From a candidate division WOR-3 bacterium (GTDB lineage Bacteria > Hydrothermota > UBA3072 > B12-G15), in contig CBFGJG010000019.1 of the NCBI GenBank assembly GCA_965649055.1, positions 1 through 35,328 of the forward strand: a DNA stretch of 35,328 bases, in the 5' to 3' direction. Both the position numbers and the translations under genes were made by a program. How positions within the stretch are numbered: the first letter of the stretch is position 1; the number at the start of each line of letters is the position of its first letter. A model generated the notes under the pieces. It was not told the DNA's origin. It made no database searches and saw only the letters and a program-made list of their open reading frames with translations. Shown here piece by piece: positions 13,003 through 22,518 of the stretch.

Positions 13003-14075
13003 CTTATCTTTAGGGTGCTCAATGCTAATATTGCAAATATTATTCCGAGAATCCAGAATCTTATTACTATCTTTGTTTCAGGTAAACCTTTCTTCTGGAA
13101 ATGGTGGTGGATAGGTGCCATAAGAAAAACCCTTTTTTTTCTTAACTTGTATGAAGTGACCTGAATAATAACAGAAAGTGTTTCAATGATGAATACACCA
13201 GAAACGATAATGAATAATATCTCCTGTTTTAATATAACACTTATAAGTCCGAAAACTCCGCCTATCATAAGAGAACCTGTATCACCCATAAAAATCTGTG
13301 CCGGATAAGAATTAAACCATAGAAATCCAATTGCTGCTCCAAGAAATGCAGATATAAATACAACAATCTCTCCAGACTTTTCAATATAAAGTATGTTAAG
13401 ATAATTTGCAATCTTAGCATTACCAACAAAATAAGCTATTACTGCCATACTTCCAGCCATAATTAAAGATAATCCAATTGCAAGACCATCAAGCCCATCT
13501 GTTAAATTAACAGCATTTGTTATCCCTAAAACAAGTAGTATTATAAAAGGAAGATAAAGATAGCCAAAATTTATGAAAATATCTTTAAAGAATGGAACAG
13601 ATGTTATAGTTGAATACCCTGATTTTACAGGGTATGCCACTAACAATATTCCCATTATAATACAGGGAATTGCCTGTAGTATTAACTTCACAATAGGTCT
13701 CAATCCATCACCTTTCTTTAACTTAGTATAATCATCGTAAATACCTATTAGTCCAAGGTAAAGTGTAAGAAACAAAAGATATCTAATGTATCTATTCATT
13801 ATATCTGCCCAGAAAATACTACTTATTAAAATTGCGATTATCATTAAAACACCACCCATTGATGGAGTTCCTTGTTTTTGAGAATGGGTTTCATTAAGAT
13901 ATTTAGATATTTTTTCTATGAACCTTAAATTTTTCAAGAAACTTATAAACCTTTCTCCGAATATAAGAACTATTAATAAAGATGTTAATGCAGCATAAAA
14001 TGCCCTAAAAGTTATATACTTAAAGACATTAAATGGAAAGAAAATATCCTTTAAGAGGTGTAAATAGTATAGCAT
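12999..14075 (-). CDS. mraY: Phospho-MurNAc-pentapeptide translocase
   Basis: KQGTPSMGG, DDY, NAVNLTDGLDGLA, FMGDTGS, MAPIHHHF. Confidence 0.99.
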   Translation of the reverse strand: MLYYLHLLKDIFFPFNVFKYITFRAFYAALTSLLIVLIFGERFISFLKNLRFIEKISKYLNETHSQKQGTPSMGGVLMIIAILISSIFWADIMNRYIRYLLFLTLYLGLIGIYDDYTKLKKGDGLRPIVKLILQAIPCIIMGILLVAYPVKSGYSTITSVPFFKDIFINFGYLYLPFIILLVLGITNAVNLTDGLDGLAIGLSLIMAGSMAVIAYFVGNAKIANYLNILYIEKSGEIVVFISAFLGAAIGFLWFNSYPAQIFMGDTGSLMIGGVFGLISVILKQEILFIIVSGVFIIETLSVIIQVTSYKLRKKRVFLMAPIHHHFQKKGLPETKIVIRFWILGIIFAILALSTLKIR

Positions 14076-15361
14076 AAACTTCCTTTCAGTTTCTCAATTA
14101 ATTTTTCTAATTGAAGTTTTCTTGAACCTTTTATTAATAACCATGTTTCATCTTTGATATTTTCAAGTATTATTCTTAGTGCGCTATCAATATCTTTCAC
14201 CAAATGACCTTTCCCATATCCTTTTATATATCCGGATGAATATTCACCTATACATATTAATAAATCAACTTTATCTTTTAAGAATTCTCCTAAGGATTTA
14301 TGATATTCTTCAGAATATTCACCAAGTTCAAGCATATCACCAAGAACCGCTATTCTATTCTTTTTCTGGGATAAGAATTCAATTGCGTTTTTCATCGAAG
14401 CTGGGCTTGCATTATATGTATCATCTATTATATTAAGATTCCCAATCTTAATTATTTTCATTCTATGTTCTATTTCAAGCTCATCTTTTATTCCCTTCCT
14501 GATTGTTTCATTGTCAATCCCGATGTTCATTGCAGCAACAATAGCAAATGAGGCACAGATAACAGAACCAAGACCTGAGTTTAAAATCTCAAATTCTTCA
14601 TTCCCTATTTTAAAAATAACATTTTCATTCTTTTTTACTATATTTATTCTGTAGTCGTTATCTTGATTAAATCCAACTTTAAATAGTTTGTTATATTTAA
14701 TTGTTTTAAGATAGTTATTGTCACCGTTTATTATTAATTTATCTTTTATATATTTTATAACTGAACATTTTTCGTTAAATATGTTTTCTATTGTTTTGAA
14801 GAATTCAAGATGGACAGGTGTAATTTCGGTAATTATACCTGAATCAGGACTTGTGATTTGTGCAAGTCTTTCTATCTCTCCAAATCTGCTTGTGCCGATT
14901 TCGAATACCCCATACTCTTCATTCTTCAACCTTAAAATTTCAAGAGGAACCCCTATTAAATTATTATAATTTTTTCTGTTTTTTGCAGTAGGATATACTT
15001 TTTTTAATATATTGTAAAGATATTCTTTTGTGCTTGTCTTACCAACTGTGCCAGTTATTACTATCATCTTTATATTCTTGCTTTTTCTATAATTTCTTGC
15101 GATTTCTCCAAGTGCATATAATGAATCCTCTACAATTATCTCGTTTTTCCCGGTTATCATCCTTTCAACAATTGAATATGAAGCACCTTTTTCAAAAGCT
15201 TCTTTAACAAAATTGTGTCCATCAAAATTTTCTCCTTTCAATGCAACAAATATCTCACCTTTCTTTATTGTTCTTGTATCTGTTGATATACCGGTTATTT
15301 TTATTTTCTTGAAAGATGGTATCTTTCCTTCTGTCCAGTCCAAAATATCATTTATCTCCAT
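14051..15361 (-). CDS. murF: UDP-MurNAc-tripeptide--D-Ala-D-Ala ligase
   Basis: GENFDGH, TGTVGKTSTK, NNLIGVP, DDTYNASP.SM, GDMLELG, KGSR. Confidence 0.97.
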   Translation of the reverse strand: MEINDILDWTEGKIPSFKKIKITGISTDTRTIKKGEIFVALKGENFDGHNFVKEAFEKGASYSIVERMITGKNEIIVEDSLYALGEIARNYRKSKNIKMIVITGTVGKTSTKEYLYNILKKVYPTAKNRKNYNNLIGVPLEILRLKNEEYGVFEIGTSRFGEIERLAQITSPDSGIITEITPVHLEFFKTIENIFNEKCSVIKYIKDKLIINGDNNYLKTIKYNKLFKVGFNQDNDYRINIVKKNENVIFKIGNEEFEILNSGLGSVICASFAIVAAMNIGIDNETIRKGIKDELEIEHRMKIIKIGNLNIIDDTYNASPASMKNAIEFLSQKKNRIAVLGDMLELGEYSEEYHKSLGEFLKDKVDLLICIGEYSSGYIKGYGKGHLVKDIDSALRIILENIKDETWLLIKGSRKLQLEKLIEKLKGSLCYTIYTS

Positions 15362-16787
15362 ACCCTTCCTCTTTCAGTATCTCAATTATAGTCTCCTGAT
15401 CACTGAAATAAATCCTTTTTCCTTTTATCTCCTGATAATCTTCATGACCCTTTCCAAGAACAAGAATAGTATCATCTGGTTTTGAAATCTTTATAGAATA
15501 TCTAATGGCTTCTTTTCTTTCTTCTATTACCTTGAACTCTTTATTATTAATTCCCTCTTTTATCATATTTATTATATCCATAGGATTTTCATCCCTAGGG
15601 TTATCAGATGTGATAACAATATAATCTGCAAGATGTGATGCAACTTTACCCATAAGTCTTCTTTTACCTTTATCCCTATTACCACCTGCTCCAAAAACAA
15701 CAATCACGTTTCCATTTGTAAATTCTTTTACAGAAGATATTACATTTGCCATAGCATCTGGAGTATGTGCATAATCTACGAATATCTTAAATGGTTGTCC
15801 AAGACTAATTTTTTCAGTCCTTCCTTTTACTCCTTCAAATTCTTCAATCCCCTTTTTTACTTCTTCAACTTTTTTACTGTTTAAAATTGCTGTTGTAAAA
15901 GCAGCGAGTATGTTTGATACGTTATGTCTTCCTATTAGTTTTGAGTTAATTTCAACTTCTAAATCCAATCCTCTAATAATCATATTTATTCCGTTTTCAT
16001 CTGCTTTTATTATTTCACCAACAATATTTCCACCGTTGAGACCATATGTTATTGTTTTACATTTTGTTTTTGAAATGATATACTCTGTTGCCGGGTCATC
16101 GTAATTTAAGACCGCAATACTATTTTCCGGAAGCTTTGAAAAGAATGTAGTTTTTGCTTCCCTGTATTCTTCAAGAGTTTTGTGGTAATCAAGATGGTCT
16201 CTTGTTATGTTTGTGAATATCCCATAATCAAACTTCAAGAAATCTATCCTCTTTTGAACTACTGAATGTGATGATACTTCCATTATTGCGGTTTTTATAC
16301 CACTATTTAAAGATTCATATAGAAGCCGGTTTAAGATAAGAGGATCGGGTGTCGTATTCAATGCTTTCATAAATCTGTCTTTTATAAAATATCCTATTGT
16401 TGTTATTAAAGTTGAGTCTCTGTATATATTTTTAAGAAGGAATGCTGTGGTTGTTTTTCCGTTTGTTCCGGTGATCCCAAATAGTTTCATATTATTAGAA
16501 GGATTTCCATAAAAATTTACAGCGAGTCTTGCAAGTGAAAGTCTCGTATCCGAAACCCTTATAAATGGTCTTCTTTCAATTTCATTTTCTACTATAAACA
16601 AAACTGCTCCATTATTATATGCTTCTTCAATAAATTTATGACCATCAAAATTCTCACCTTTTATTGCTACAAAACAATCTCCTTTATTAACATCTTTAGA
16701 GTTTGTTTTAATTCCATTTATATTTTCAGGAAGAACACCTGATATTTCAAGGTAATTTAGGTCTTTTATGACTATTTCAGTTTTCAT
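15348..16787 (-). CDS. murE: UDP-MurNAc-dipeptide--meso-diaminopimelate ligase
   Basis: GTNGKTT, TTPD, MEVSSH, DHLDYH, DYAHTPD, SDNPR (motif of meso-DAP-adding enzymes), GKGHE. Confidence 0.98.
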   Translation of the reverse strand: MKTEIVIKDLNYLEISGVLPENINGIKTNSKDVNKGDCFVAIKGENFDGHKFIEEAYNNGAVLFIVENEIERRPFIRVSDTRLSLARLAVNFYGNPSNNMKLFGITGTNGKTTTAFLLKNIYRDSTLITTIGYFIKDRFMKALNTTPDPLILNRLLYESLNSGIKTAIMEVSSHSVVQKRIDFLKFDYGIFTNITRDHLDYHKTLEEYREAKTTFFSKLPENSIAVLNYDDPATEYIISKTKCKTITYGLNGGNIVGEIIKADENGINMIIRGLDLEVEINSKLIGRHNVSNILAAFTTAILNSKKVEEVKKGIEEFEGVKGRTEKISLGQPFKIFVDYAHTPDAMANVISSVKEFTNGNVIVVFGAGGNRDKGKRRLMGKVASHLADYIVITSDNPRDENPMDIINMIKEGINNKEFKVIEERKEAIRYSIKISKPDDTILVLGKGHEDYQEIKGKRIYFSDQETIIEILKEEGYGDK

Positions 16788-18450
16788 ACGCTATATTCCT
16801 TATAAATCTATATCTGTAATTATTCAATGTTAATATCCTCTCTACTATCTCCTTAAATGCTGGGCACGCTATTATACTCGCTTTATGTGTTCCTTTCGGG
16901 TTTTCTATGAAAACTGCTATTAGTAAACCGTTTTTTTCAGGATTAACTATACCTATGAATGATGAAAGGTATTTTTCGTCTGTATATCCAGAGTTATCTG
17001 ATTGTGCACCTGTTCCTGTTTTTCCAATTATTGTTAAACCCTGAATGTTTGCTGCTTTACCTGTTCCATACAATACAACATTCCTCATTATTTCAATCAT
17101 TTTTTTATTAATCTTTTCATCAAAAACTTTTCGTTTCACAACAGATTTTGATTGGTAATAATTTATTTTACCATCGGTAATATTTTTTACTATCAGGGGT
17201 TTCATAAGTTTTCCTTCATTTCCAAATACAGCATATGCATATACTATCTGTATTGGGGTTACTTTAAACCCTTGACCAAAGCATGCATTTGCGAAGTCTA
17301 TCTGGTATTTATATTTTTCCATTATTGGTTTTCCAATAATTTCATTTGGTAATTCAATACCTGTTTTGGAAAATAATCCCAATTGCATCGATAATTCTCT
17401 TATTTTTTGAATTCCCAGTTCAAAACCAATGTTCACAAACCCAACATTACTTGAATTTGTAAATGCTTGTATAAAATTATATGGTGGATGGTCAAATTCA
17501 TCTTTCAATAATTTTTTGTTCAGAATTTTCTTTTCGTTATTTGCACAAACAATTTTTGCTGTATCCTTTCCTTCCATTATCCATAGTGTTGCAGGTATCA
17601 ATTTAAAAATAGAGCCTGGCTCATAATCATTCTCTATAAATGAGTTCTTTTTCCATACGGTTTTTTCGTCAAATTCGGGAATGTCTGCCAATGCAAGTAT
17701 TTCTCCTGTTTCGGTATCAACTACAACACATAAGACATTTTTAGCACCGGTCGAAGCAAGTGTTTTCCTTGCAACTTTATCACATATATCCTGAATTTCA
17801 AAATCTATTGTAAGATATACATTTTTCCCATTTATAGGGGCAATGTTTTTACCCTCCGGATAAATAATATATCTGTATTTGCTTCTCAAATTTAATATAT
17901 ATGTTGCACAGCCATCTTTTCCGCAAAGATATTTGTCAAATTGTTTTTCAATACCGGAAATACCTTTTCTTTGAAAATCAGTTTTTCCGAGGACGGTCCT
18001 TAACAGGTTATTATGAGGATAAAATCTTTCCCATTCCATTATGAAAAATAATCCCTGTATGTTCTTAAGCTCTTCAACATCCTTTTTCTTGAGACTTTTC
18101 TTTACCATAACAACCCTTGATTTTGTTTCATCCAGTCTTTCAAGGAAATCTTTTTTATTGATAATGTTTTTTTTCTCGAGGATCTCAGCAATGTATTTTT
18201 TAGACTTTAGTATTTTTTTATCAACATACATAACATACGATTCAACATCTGTAGCAAGTAAGACTCCATTTCTGTCATAAATACTTCCTCTTTTTGCTGG
18301 TTGGTTCAATGTTATAACATTCCACATATTTTTATCATCTGATTTAAAATATCCTTCTACAATCTGTATATAGAATAACTTTATAGATGCAACGATAAAT
18401 AGTGAACATATTATTATTTTTATCAAATTGGCTCTCTTCGCATTAAACAT
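16777..18450 (-). CDS. ftsI: Class B penicillin-binding protein FtsI (PBP3)
   Basis: N-terminal TM, RGSIYDRNG, RFYP, LTID; transpeptidase motifs SIFK, SSN and KTG. Confidence 0.95.
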   Translation of the reverse strand: MFNAKRANLIKIIICSLFIVASIKLFYIQIVEGYFKSDDKNMWNVITLNQPAKRGSIYDRNGVLLATDVESYVMYVDKKILKSKKYIAEILEKKNIINKKDFLERLDETKSRVVMVKKSLKKKDVEELKNIQGLFFIMEWERFYPHNNLLRTVLGKTDFQRKGISGIEKQFDKYLCGKDGCATYILNLRSKYRYIIYPEGKNIAPINGKNVYLTIDFEIQDICDKVARKTLASTGAKNVLCVVVDTETGEILALADIPEFDEKTVWKKNSFIENDYEPGSIFKLIPATLWIMEGKDTAKIVCANNEKKILNKKLLKDEFDHPPYNFIQAFTNSSNVGFVNIGFELGIQKIRELSMQLGLFSKTGIELPNEIIGKPIMEKYKYQIDFANACFGQGFKVTPIQIVYAYAVFGNEGKLMKPLIVKNITDGKINYYQSKSVVKRKVFDEKINKKMIEIMRNVVLYGTGKAANIQGLTIIGKTGTGAQSDNSGYTDEKYLSSFIGIVNPEKNGLLIAVFIENPKGTHKASIIACPAFKEIVERILTLNNYRYRFIRNIAYEN

Positions 18451-18453
18451 TTT

Positions 18454-18711
18454 TTACTCCAGAATTAGAAAATCTTTCATCTTGTTTTTTTTTAATCCAA
18501 TTAATCCGCTAAGAGATTCAATCTGTGTAGGAGAAAATTTACTGATATATATTCCTTTCAGTTCTTCAAACTCTCTTTCTTTTTCCTGGACTTCTTTCCT
18601 AAGTTCAATAACAAGTGAACTTTTTGTAAAATACATATTTTTTCTAAGTACATTTATAATAAACGGAGTAAGTAATAGGATTATAAGAATAATAAATTTT
18701 ATAATCTTCAT
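18454..18711 (-). CDS. ftsL: Probable FtsL (TM plus coiled coil)
   Basis: 85 aa, N-terminal TM, heptad coiled coil, SP.QIE..LGL tail; canonical slot between rsmH and ftsI. Confidence 0.7.
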   Translation of the reverse strand: MKIIKFIILIILLLTPFIINVLRKNMYFTKSSLVIELRKEVQEKEREFEELKGIYISKFSPTQIESLSGLIGLKKNKMKDFLILE

Positions 18712-19529
18712 TTCTCAAATACCCTTAGTTTTGCACTTCTTGCTTTCTTATTATACATTATTTCTTCCTTATCAGGTTTTTCACCTTTTACTATCTTTTT
18801 AAACCCTACTTCCTTTGCAGCCTTAATTACTACTTTATCCTCTTTCGAATGATATGTTATAACACAAAGTTTTCCATTATCCTTTAACACATGATAAGAA
18901 CCCTTGATACCATTTTCCAGATTTTCGAGTTCGTTATTCACAAGTATTCTAAGACTCTGGAATATCTTTGCCAGCTCTTTTTTTATTTTATTTTTCTTTA
19001 AATGCCTAACTAAAATTGACTTAAGTTCATATGAAGTTCGAGGAATTTCTTCTTTTATTTTTCTTGCAATGAAATAAGGATTTTGAACATCCCCATAATT
19101 CCTTAAGACCCTTGCAAGTTCTTCAACAGATAATTCTTTTATTTTATCGTAAGCAGTCTTTCCTTTTTTGGAATTGAATCTCATATCAAGAAACCCGTCA
19201 TTCTTGAAAGAGAATCCCCTGTGTGATTCCATCTGAAAATTCGATAGCCCTGCATCTATTAATATACTATCAACCTTTATTTTTAATATGTTATTAATGT
19301 TGGCATAATTTGAATTAATAAGGAAAAATCTATTTCTAAATGGTTCAAGATTGTTTTTTGCCAAAATCAACTGTTCAATATCAAGGTCAATACATATCGC
19401 AAAACATCCAGTGTTTTCAAGCATTTTCTTTGTATGTCCACCTGTTCCTGTTGTTAAATCAACAAAAAATGAATCGGTTTTAAGATACTGTACAACTTTA
19501 TTTGCCATAACAGGAATGTGTGTATTCAT
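18708..19529 (-). CDS. rsmH: 16S rRNA m4C1402 methyltransferase
   Basis: HIPVM, GTGGH, RGFSF..DG.LDMR, FQSLRI.VN.EL, HS.ED, RSAKLR. Confidence 0.96.
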   Translation of the reverse strand: MNTHIPVMANKVVQYLKTDSFFVDLTTGTGGHTKKMLENTGCFAICIDLDIEQLILAKNNLEPFRNRFFLINSNYANINNILKIKVDSILIDAGLSNFQMESHRGFSFKNDGFLDMRFNSKKGKTAYDKIKELSVEELARVLRNYGDVQNPYFIARKIKEEIPRTSYELKSILVRHLKKNKIKKELAKIFQSLRILVNNELENLENGIKGSYHVLKDNGKLCVITYHSKEDKVVIKAAKEVGFKKIVKGEKPDKEEIMYNKKARSAKLRVFEK

Positions 19530-19963
19530 AGTTTTAAGATATCAAACCCTGTTTTGGGAATATTCCCTTCCTGTGCGTACTTTTCGAATATTTCAGGATT
19601 CCATAATTCAATCTTATCAAAAAACGCAATAAAGAGAACTTCTTTTTCTATTCCTGCATATTCCATCAACTCTTTTGGGAGAATAATCCTTCCCTGTTGG
19701 TCAAGCGTTACTTTCTTTGTAGTTATTGAAAGAGATCTTAATCTATCCCTTACAGATTTATCTTGATAGCTTTTATCTTTAAGATCTTTTATCAATTCGT
19801 TCCACACTGAATAAGAAAACATCAATATACAATTTTCAGGACCTCTTGTTAAAACATATGTTAAATTATCTTCAGGTAAAAGTGCCTTCCTGAATTCCAC
19901 AGGAACAAACACCCTTCCTTTATTGTCCAAACTATTTTTAGAATGACCAAAAAAATCTTCCAC
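19526..19963 (-). CDS. mraZ: Transcriptional regulator MraZ
   Basis: Two SpoVT/AbrB repeats (LDNKGRV.VP, LDQQGRIILP) and IELW. Start moved to GTG 19963, 5 nt after GGAGG (ORF track: 19975). Confidence 0.97.
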   Translation of the reverse strand: MEDFFGHSKNSLDNKGRVFVPVEFRKALLPEDNLTYVLTRGPENCILMFSYSVWNELIKDLKDKSYQDKSVRDRLRSLSITTKKVTLDQQGRIILPKELMEYAGIEKEVLFIAFFDKIELWNPEIFEKYAQEGNIPKTGFDILKL

Positions 19964-19985
19964 ACTTTCCTCCACTTTTCCCCAC
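19962..19985 (-). promoter_or_regulatory. MraZ operator: three GTG(G/T) boxes at 10-bp period
   Basis: Minus strand reads GTGG-GGAAAA-GTGG-AGGAAA-GTGT, matching known MraZ direct-repeat boxes. Confidence 0.85.
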
Positions 19986-19986
19986 C

Positions 19987-20015
19987 ATAATACTAAATTA
20001 ACCCTTAATTGTCAA
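19987..20015 (-). promoter_or_regulatory. sigma70-type promoter of the dcw operon
   Basis: TTGACA(20015-20010)-N17-TATTAT(19992-19987), with an AT-rich tract upstream. Confidence 0.85.
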
Positions 20016-20127
20016 GTATTTTTTTTATAAAAAATAAAAAATTAAGATTATTTTTTTATATTGAATTTGAATAAGTTATAATATTTTTTATATTTTATGA
20101 TTTCCTGGTATAGTATTTTTCTTTTTT

Positions 20128-20769
20128 TTATTCGTTAATTTTGAAATTAAATGGTTGCGACCAAAATGATGTCTTTCCCCTTTTATCTTTCGCCTGTGCT
20201 TTTATGCTGTAAGTTCCACCATCCATGAAAGAGTGTGTTATCTGTATTGTATCACCACATTTAACCATATTAGACCAGGTAGATGTATCGCCATCCCCGA
20301 AAAAAAATCTTATACATAAGCTATCGTCGTCATTGTCATGTGCAAATGCCTTGAATGTATAAGGTGTGTTTACAACACCTTCATCCGGTAAATCACCAAA
20401 GGGTTGTGATACAATTGGTCTTAAATCTTTCAAAATGGTTATTTTTACTGTATCTGAAAGACCTATATTTCCAGAATAATCATATGCTATTGAAAATATT
20501 TTTAATATTGTGCTATCAGGGAAATTTTCAGTTAAAATATAGAACTCAAAAGGTCTTTTTGTAAAAGTGATAAAAAGTGAATCGTTTGAAAATACATCAA
20601 CTTTTTCTACGCCTCTATTATCAGTTGCTATAATCTGGACATAAATGCTATCGTTGTAAGTGAAAGAATTATTGGAAGGCTGATTTATGGTAACAACAGG
20701 ATTTTCATTATCTTTCGGAGTGCACATTAAAAATAAAATTATTAATACAGAAAGGATTATCTTTTTCAT
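20128..20769 (-). CDS. Putative lipoprotein with bacterial Ig-like and PKD-like domains
   Basis: Signal MKKIILSVLIILFLMC; Ig pattern PVVTI..ATDNRGVEKV..AYD.SGN; PKD pattern FGDG..THSF..GTYSI; AGGAGG SD. Confidence 0.75.
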   Translation of the reverse strand: MKKIILSVLIILFLMCTPKDNENPVVTINQPSNNSFTYNDSIYVQIIATDNRGVEKVDVFSNDSLFITFTKRPFEFYILTENFPDSTILKIFSIAYDYSGNIGLSDTVKITILKDLRPIVSQPFGDLPDEGVVNTPYTFKAFAHDNDDDSLCIRFFFGDGDTSTWSNMVKCGDTIQITHSFMDGGTYSIKAQAKDKRGKTSFWSQPFNFKINE

Positions 20770-20786
20770 ACAACCTCCTTTTATAG

Positions 20787-20814
20787 ATTATATTTTAATG
20801 TTAAAAAAATTCAA
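20787..20814 (-). promoter_or_regulatory. sigma70-type promoter of the lipoprotein gene
   Basis: TTGAAT-N16-TATAAT on the minus strand. Confidence 0.65.
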
Positions 20815-20822
20815 GTAAAAAC

Positions 20823-20850
20823 TTGACAAAAAAATTTTGATTATTAAATT
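20823..20850 (+). promoter_or_regulatory. sigma70-type promoter of tRNA-Phe
   Basis: TTGACA-N16-TAAATT, ending 8 nt before the tRNA. Confidence 0.65.
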
Positions 20851-20858
20851 AACATTAA

Positions 20859-20931
20859 GCCGAGGTAGCTCAGTTGGTAGAGCACGGGACTGAAAATCCC
20901 GGTGTGGGCGGTTCGATTCCGTCCCTCGGCA
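20859..20931 (+). tRNA. tRNA-Phe(GAA), CCA not encoded
   Basis: Acceptor GCCGAGG/CCTCGGC, anticodon arm CGGGA-CTGAAAA-TCCCG, T loop TTCGATT. Confidence 0.98.
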
Positions 20932-20933
20932 TT

Positions 20934-21764
20934 TTATCTCATCATCCTCAGCCTTTCAATCCTTTTCTCAATTGGTGGATGTGTGGAAAAAAGTGCTAAA
21001 ATAGCAGAGCCGGAGAAAGGGTTAACTATGAATAATGGTGATGTTGAAGGATTAATATTTGCAAATGGAATTTTCCTATTGCCATAAGCAAGTTTTTCAA
21101 GTGCGGATGCAAGATATTCAGGATTTCCTGAAAGCCTTGCACCACCATCATCTGCGAGGAATTCCCTTGCCCTTGAAATAGCAAGCTGAATCAGCGTAGC
21201 AGCAACAGGTAAAAGGAGTAATAATATGAACGCAAATGGATTTGAATCCCTGTTCCTTCTATCCCTTCCTGCAAAACCATAAAGACCAAATCTCGCAAGG
21301 TAGGTAATAGCACCTGCTATTGTTGCTGCAACTGTCTGTATTAAAGTATCCCTATTCGTTATATGTGTTATCTCGTGTCCGAGAACACCTTTTATTTCAT
21401 TGTAATCAAGTAATCTCATTAAACCATCAGTGACTGCTACGGCACCATTCTTTGGATTTCTTCCTGTTGCAAATGCATTCGGTGTTGGTGATGGTAGAAT
21501 ATAAACCTTTGGCTTTGGAATACCTGCTTTAACAGATAATTCTTCAACGATTCTATGTAGTTCGGGTGCCTCTGATTCTGTAACAGGCCTTGCCCTATAC
21601 ATAGAAAGAACAATCTTATCACTGAAAAAGTAGGCAATAAAATTCATAATACCTACAAAGATTAAAGCAAATATTGCCCATTCCTTTCCAAATAGACTTC
21701 CCACGAAAACAAGAAGGACACTTAAAATTAAAAGAAGGAAGAATGTTTTAAAACTATTTAACAT
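20934..21764 (-). CDS. htpX: Membrane Zn metalloprotease HtpX (M48)
   Basis: [32 protein letters not shown]. Confidence 0.97.
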   Translation of the reverse strand: MLNSFKTFFLLLILSVLLVFVGSLFGKEWAIFALIFVGIMNFIAYFFSDKIVLSMYRARPVTESEAPELHRIVEELSVKAGIPKPKVYILPSPTPNAFATGRNPKNGAVAVTDGLMRLLDYNEIKGVLGHEITHITNRDTLIQTVAATIAGAITYLARFGLYGFAGRDRRNRDSNPFAFILLLLLPVAATLIQLAISRAREFLADDGGARLSGNPEYLASALEKLAYGNRKIPFANINPSTSPLFIVNPFSGSAILALFSTHPPIEKRIERLRMMR

Positions 21765-22416
21765 CCTGAACCTCCTTCCAATCCTTTAGAAACCTTTCAA
21801 TACCTATATCTGTTAAAGGATGCTGTATCATCTTTTCAAGCACATTGAAAGGAACAGTAACAATATCTGCACCTATTCTTCCTGCCTGGACGATGTGTAT
21901 TGGATGCCTTATTGATGCAACGATCACTTCTGTCTCATATCCATAGTTATCATATATATCCATTATCTCTTCAATGATTGTCATACCTTCATTACCTATA
22001 TCATCAAGCCTTCCAATAAAAGGACTTACGAATGTTGTCCCTGCCTTTGCAGCAAGGACTGCCTGATTCGCAGAGAATACAAGTGTCATATTTGTCATAA
22101 TACCTTCAGACCTTAATATCTTTGTTGCCTTAAGACCATCTTTAGTCATAGGAACTTTTATTGTTATGTATTCACTTATCTTTGCAAGTTCTCTTCCCTG
22201 TTTTACAATCCCTTCCCAGTCGAGTGCAATCACCTCTGCACTCACAGGACCTTTTACTATATCACATATCTCTTTTAATATATCCTCAGGTTTTCTTTTT
22301 GTCCTTTTTATCTCTTTTGAAAGTAGTGTAGGGTTTGTTGTAACACCATCAAGTATACCCCATGATGCTATTTCCCTTATTTCATCAACATTTGCAGTAT
22401 CTATAAATATCTTCAT
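21754..22416 (-). CDS. tal: Transaldolase (TalC/FSA family, transaldolase-type residues)
   Basis: [15 protein letters not shown], Schiff-base Lys in IKVP. Glu in SAEV and Phe in SPFIGR are transaldolase-type (FSA has Gln/Tyr). ATG 22416 has a GGAGGT SD (ORF track: 22491). Confidence 0.93.
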   Translation of the reverse strand: MKIFIDTANVDEIREIASWGILDGVTTNPTLLSKEIKRTKRKPEDILKEICDIVKGPVSAEVIALDWEGIVKQGRELAKISEYITIKVPMTKDGLKATKILRSEGIMTNMTLVFSANQAVLAAKAGTTFVSPFIGRLDDIGNEGMTIIEEIMDIYDNYGYETEVIVASIRHPIHIVQAGRIGADIVTVPFNVLEKMIQHPLTDIGIERFLKDWKEVQDVK

Positions 22417-22439
22417 ATAATACCTCCGTTTTTTTATTA

Positions 22440-22467
22440 AATATAAAAAAAATAGTTTAATTGTCAA
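22440..22467 (-). promoter_or_regulatory. sigma70-type promoter of tal-htpX
   Basis: TTGACA-N16-TATATT on the minus strand. Confidence 0.7.
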
Positions 22468-22484
22468 TAGTATGAATATATTAA

Positions 22485-22512
22485 TTGACAAACTTTTTTA
22501 AATCTTTAATAT
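22485..22512 (+). promoter_or_regulatory. sigma70-type promoter, probably leaderless, for the 22519 operon
   Basis: TTGACA-N16-TAATAT-N6-ATG with no SD. Confidence 0.7.
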
Positions 22513-22518
22513 TGAAAA

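Noticed and set aside
20016..20127. Very AT-rich 112-bp gap considered as oriC or an ncRNA
   Set aside because: No DnaA boxes and no stable structure seen; consistent with an UP element and spacer.
20902..21087. 61-aa ORF starting inside tRNA-Phe with a lipobox-like IGGC
   Set aside because: It overlaps the tRNA and is antisense to htpX; a chance match.
21754..22416. Annotation as fructose-6-phosphate aldolase (fsa)
   Set aside because: Diagnostic residues are Glu and Phe (transaldolase), not Gln and Tyr.
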